From positions 26,846,001 through 26,910,000 of the forward strand of contig CDPCPM010000013.1 of NCBI GenBank assembly GCA_976551045.1: 64,000 nt of DNA, given 5' to 3'. The notes beneath the pieces were generated by a model. That model saw only the letters and a program-made list of their open reading frames with translations, made no database searches and was not told where the DNA came from. Positions within the stretch are counted from its first letter, which is position 1; each line of letters starts with the position of its first letter. Below, in pieces: positions 63,225-64,000 of this stretch. Source of the DNA: Glaucostegus cemiculus. Lineage: Eukaryota. Position numbers and translations under genes: made by a program.

Positions 63225-63420
63225 CTATTGCCCTTCTCCATATTTTACTGTACCCCTGCAATTTATTCTCTCACATACCCATCAGCTCCCCTTTGATCCT
63301 TTTGTCACTCATCTACATTAAAGCATAATTTACAGTAGCCATTTAACCCACTGGCACCGTCTTTTTGATGTGGGAGTAAATCAGAACACCTGGTGAAAGC
63401 TCATGCAGTCACAGAGAGCT
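63225..63420 (-). mobile_element. Degenerate V-SINE fragment
   Basis: gatgtgggagtaaatcagaacacctggtgaaagctcatgcagtcacag is a CpG-decayed reverse complement of the V-domain. Confidence 0.6.
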
Positions 63421-64000
63421 CTGAGGCTGTAGCACGTACTCCAGCTCAGGAGTTTAGATCCCCTCTAAATTTACCAGGATCTTATTTCAGGTAGTTAATT
63501 CTGCCCGGTACTTATGGGCTTTGGTGGTCCTTAACGAAACAGTTAAAAACTGCTCAAAAAAAGGATGCAGATCATCCAAAGTTTTACTTTTATGAAGTCA
63601 CAAAGAGCTAGAGTTCTTCTCGTCTTCACAAAACAAATGCTGCTGGCCAGGCCTCATTCCCACACCCTCATCACTTCTTCTTAACCCGCATCTCCCTCTT
63701 AATGTGTGAAAGAAAATGATCAGGGCCTGAGGTGGGTACTGTAATTGTCATCCACAGTTTGCTTGAGGTATTCCATAAATTCATTCTCAGGCCTCTATTT
63801 CAACAAACCGGCACTGGTTGGCACTGCTAAGTATCTGTGTCAATGAAGCCAGGCTGCTCATATCTTTCCTTGTGGTTACTTGGAAGAAATATCAACTCTT
63901 TTGAACAATTTACTCAGTTTTGATTATGTTTATATTCTTTATGGTTTTCAACTTCTGAGTGACCACTTACTGTTACATTACTGAATTGTGTTATAACGTT

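Noticed and set aside
13000-64000. Exons of neighbouring coding genes (e.g. MRPS9) or a Dali-like lncRNA
   Set aside because: No recognisable coding exons. The short ORFs look random, and isolated splice-like sites (e.g. 22708, 24060) are insufficient.
1-64000. CRISPR arrays, operons or other prokaryotic systems
   Set aside because: Clearly vertebrate DNA; no regularly spaced repeat-spacer structure seen.

Overview
Vertebrate genomic DNA, most likely from a cartilaginous fish (shark or ray). The lineage is inferred from the repeat content: HE1-like V-SINEs, HER1/CR1 tails, DeuSINE-like copies and Penelope-derived repeats. The only supportable protein-coding gene is an intronless class III POU gene, POU3F3/Brn1 (10423-11616, +), with a CCAAT/GC-box promoter and a ~1.35 kb 3'UTR. 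The rest is gene desert made of candidate enhancers and decayed retroelements. The largest-scale signal is a ~32 kb AT-rich but CpG-retaining domain (~2.3-34.8 kb) around the gene, resembling a DNA methylation valley, whose sharp right edge carries a CTCF motif. Other points of interest are Penelope repeats with remnants of minimal hammerhead ribozymes, a Q17 tract in POU3F3, an extended miR-182 site, splice signals fitting a divergent PANTR1-like lncRNA, an RFX motif cluster, a perfect 17-bp-arm palindrome and a local duplication. Repeat boundaries are approximate and family names come from recalled consensus features, not from a database search. I found no convincing wholly novel multi-gene system.
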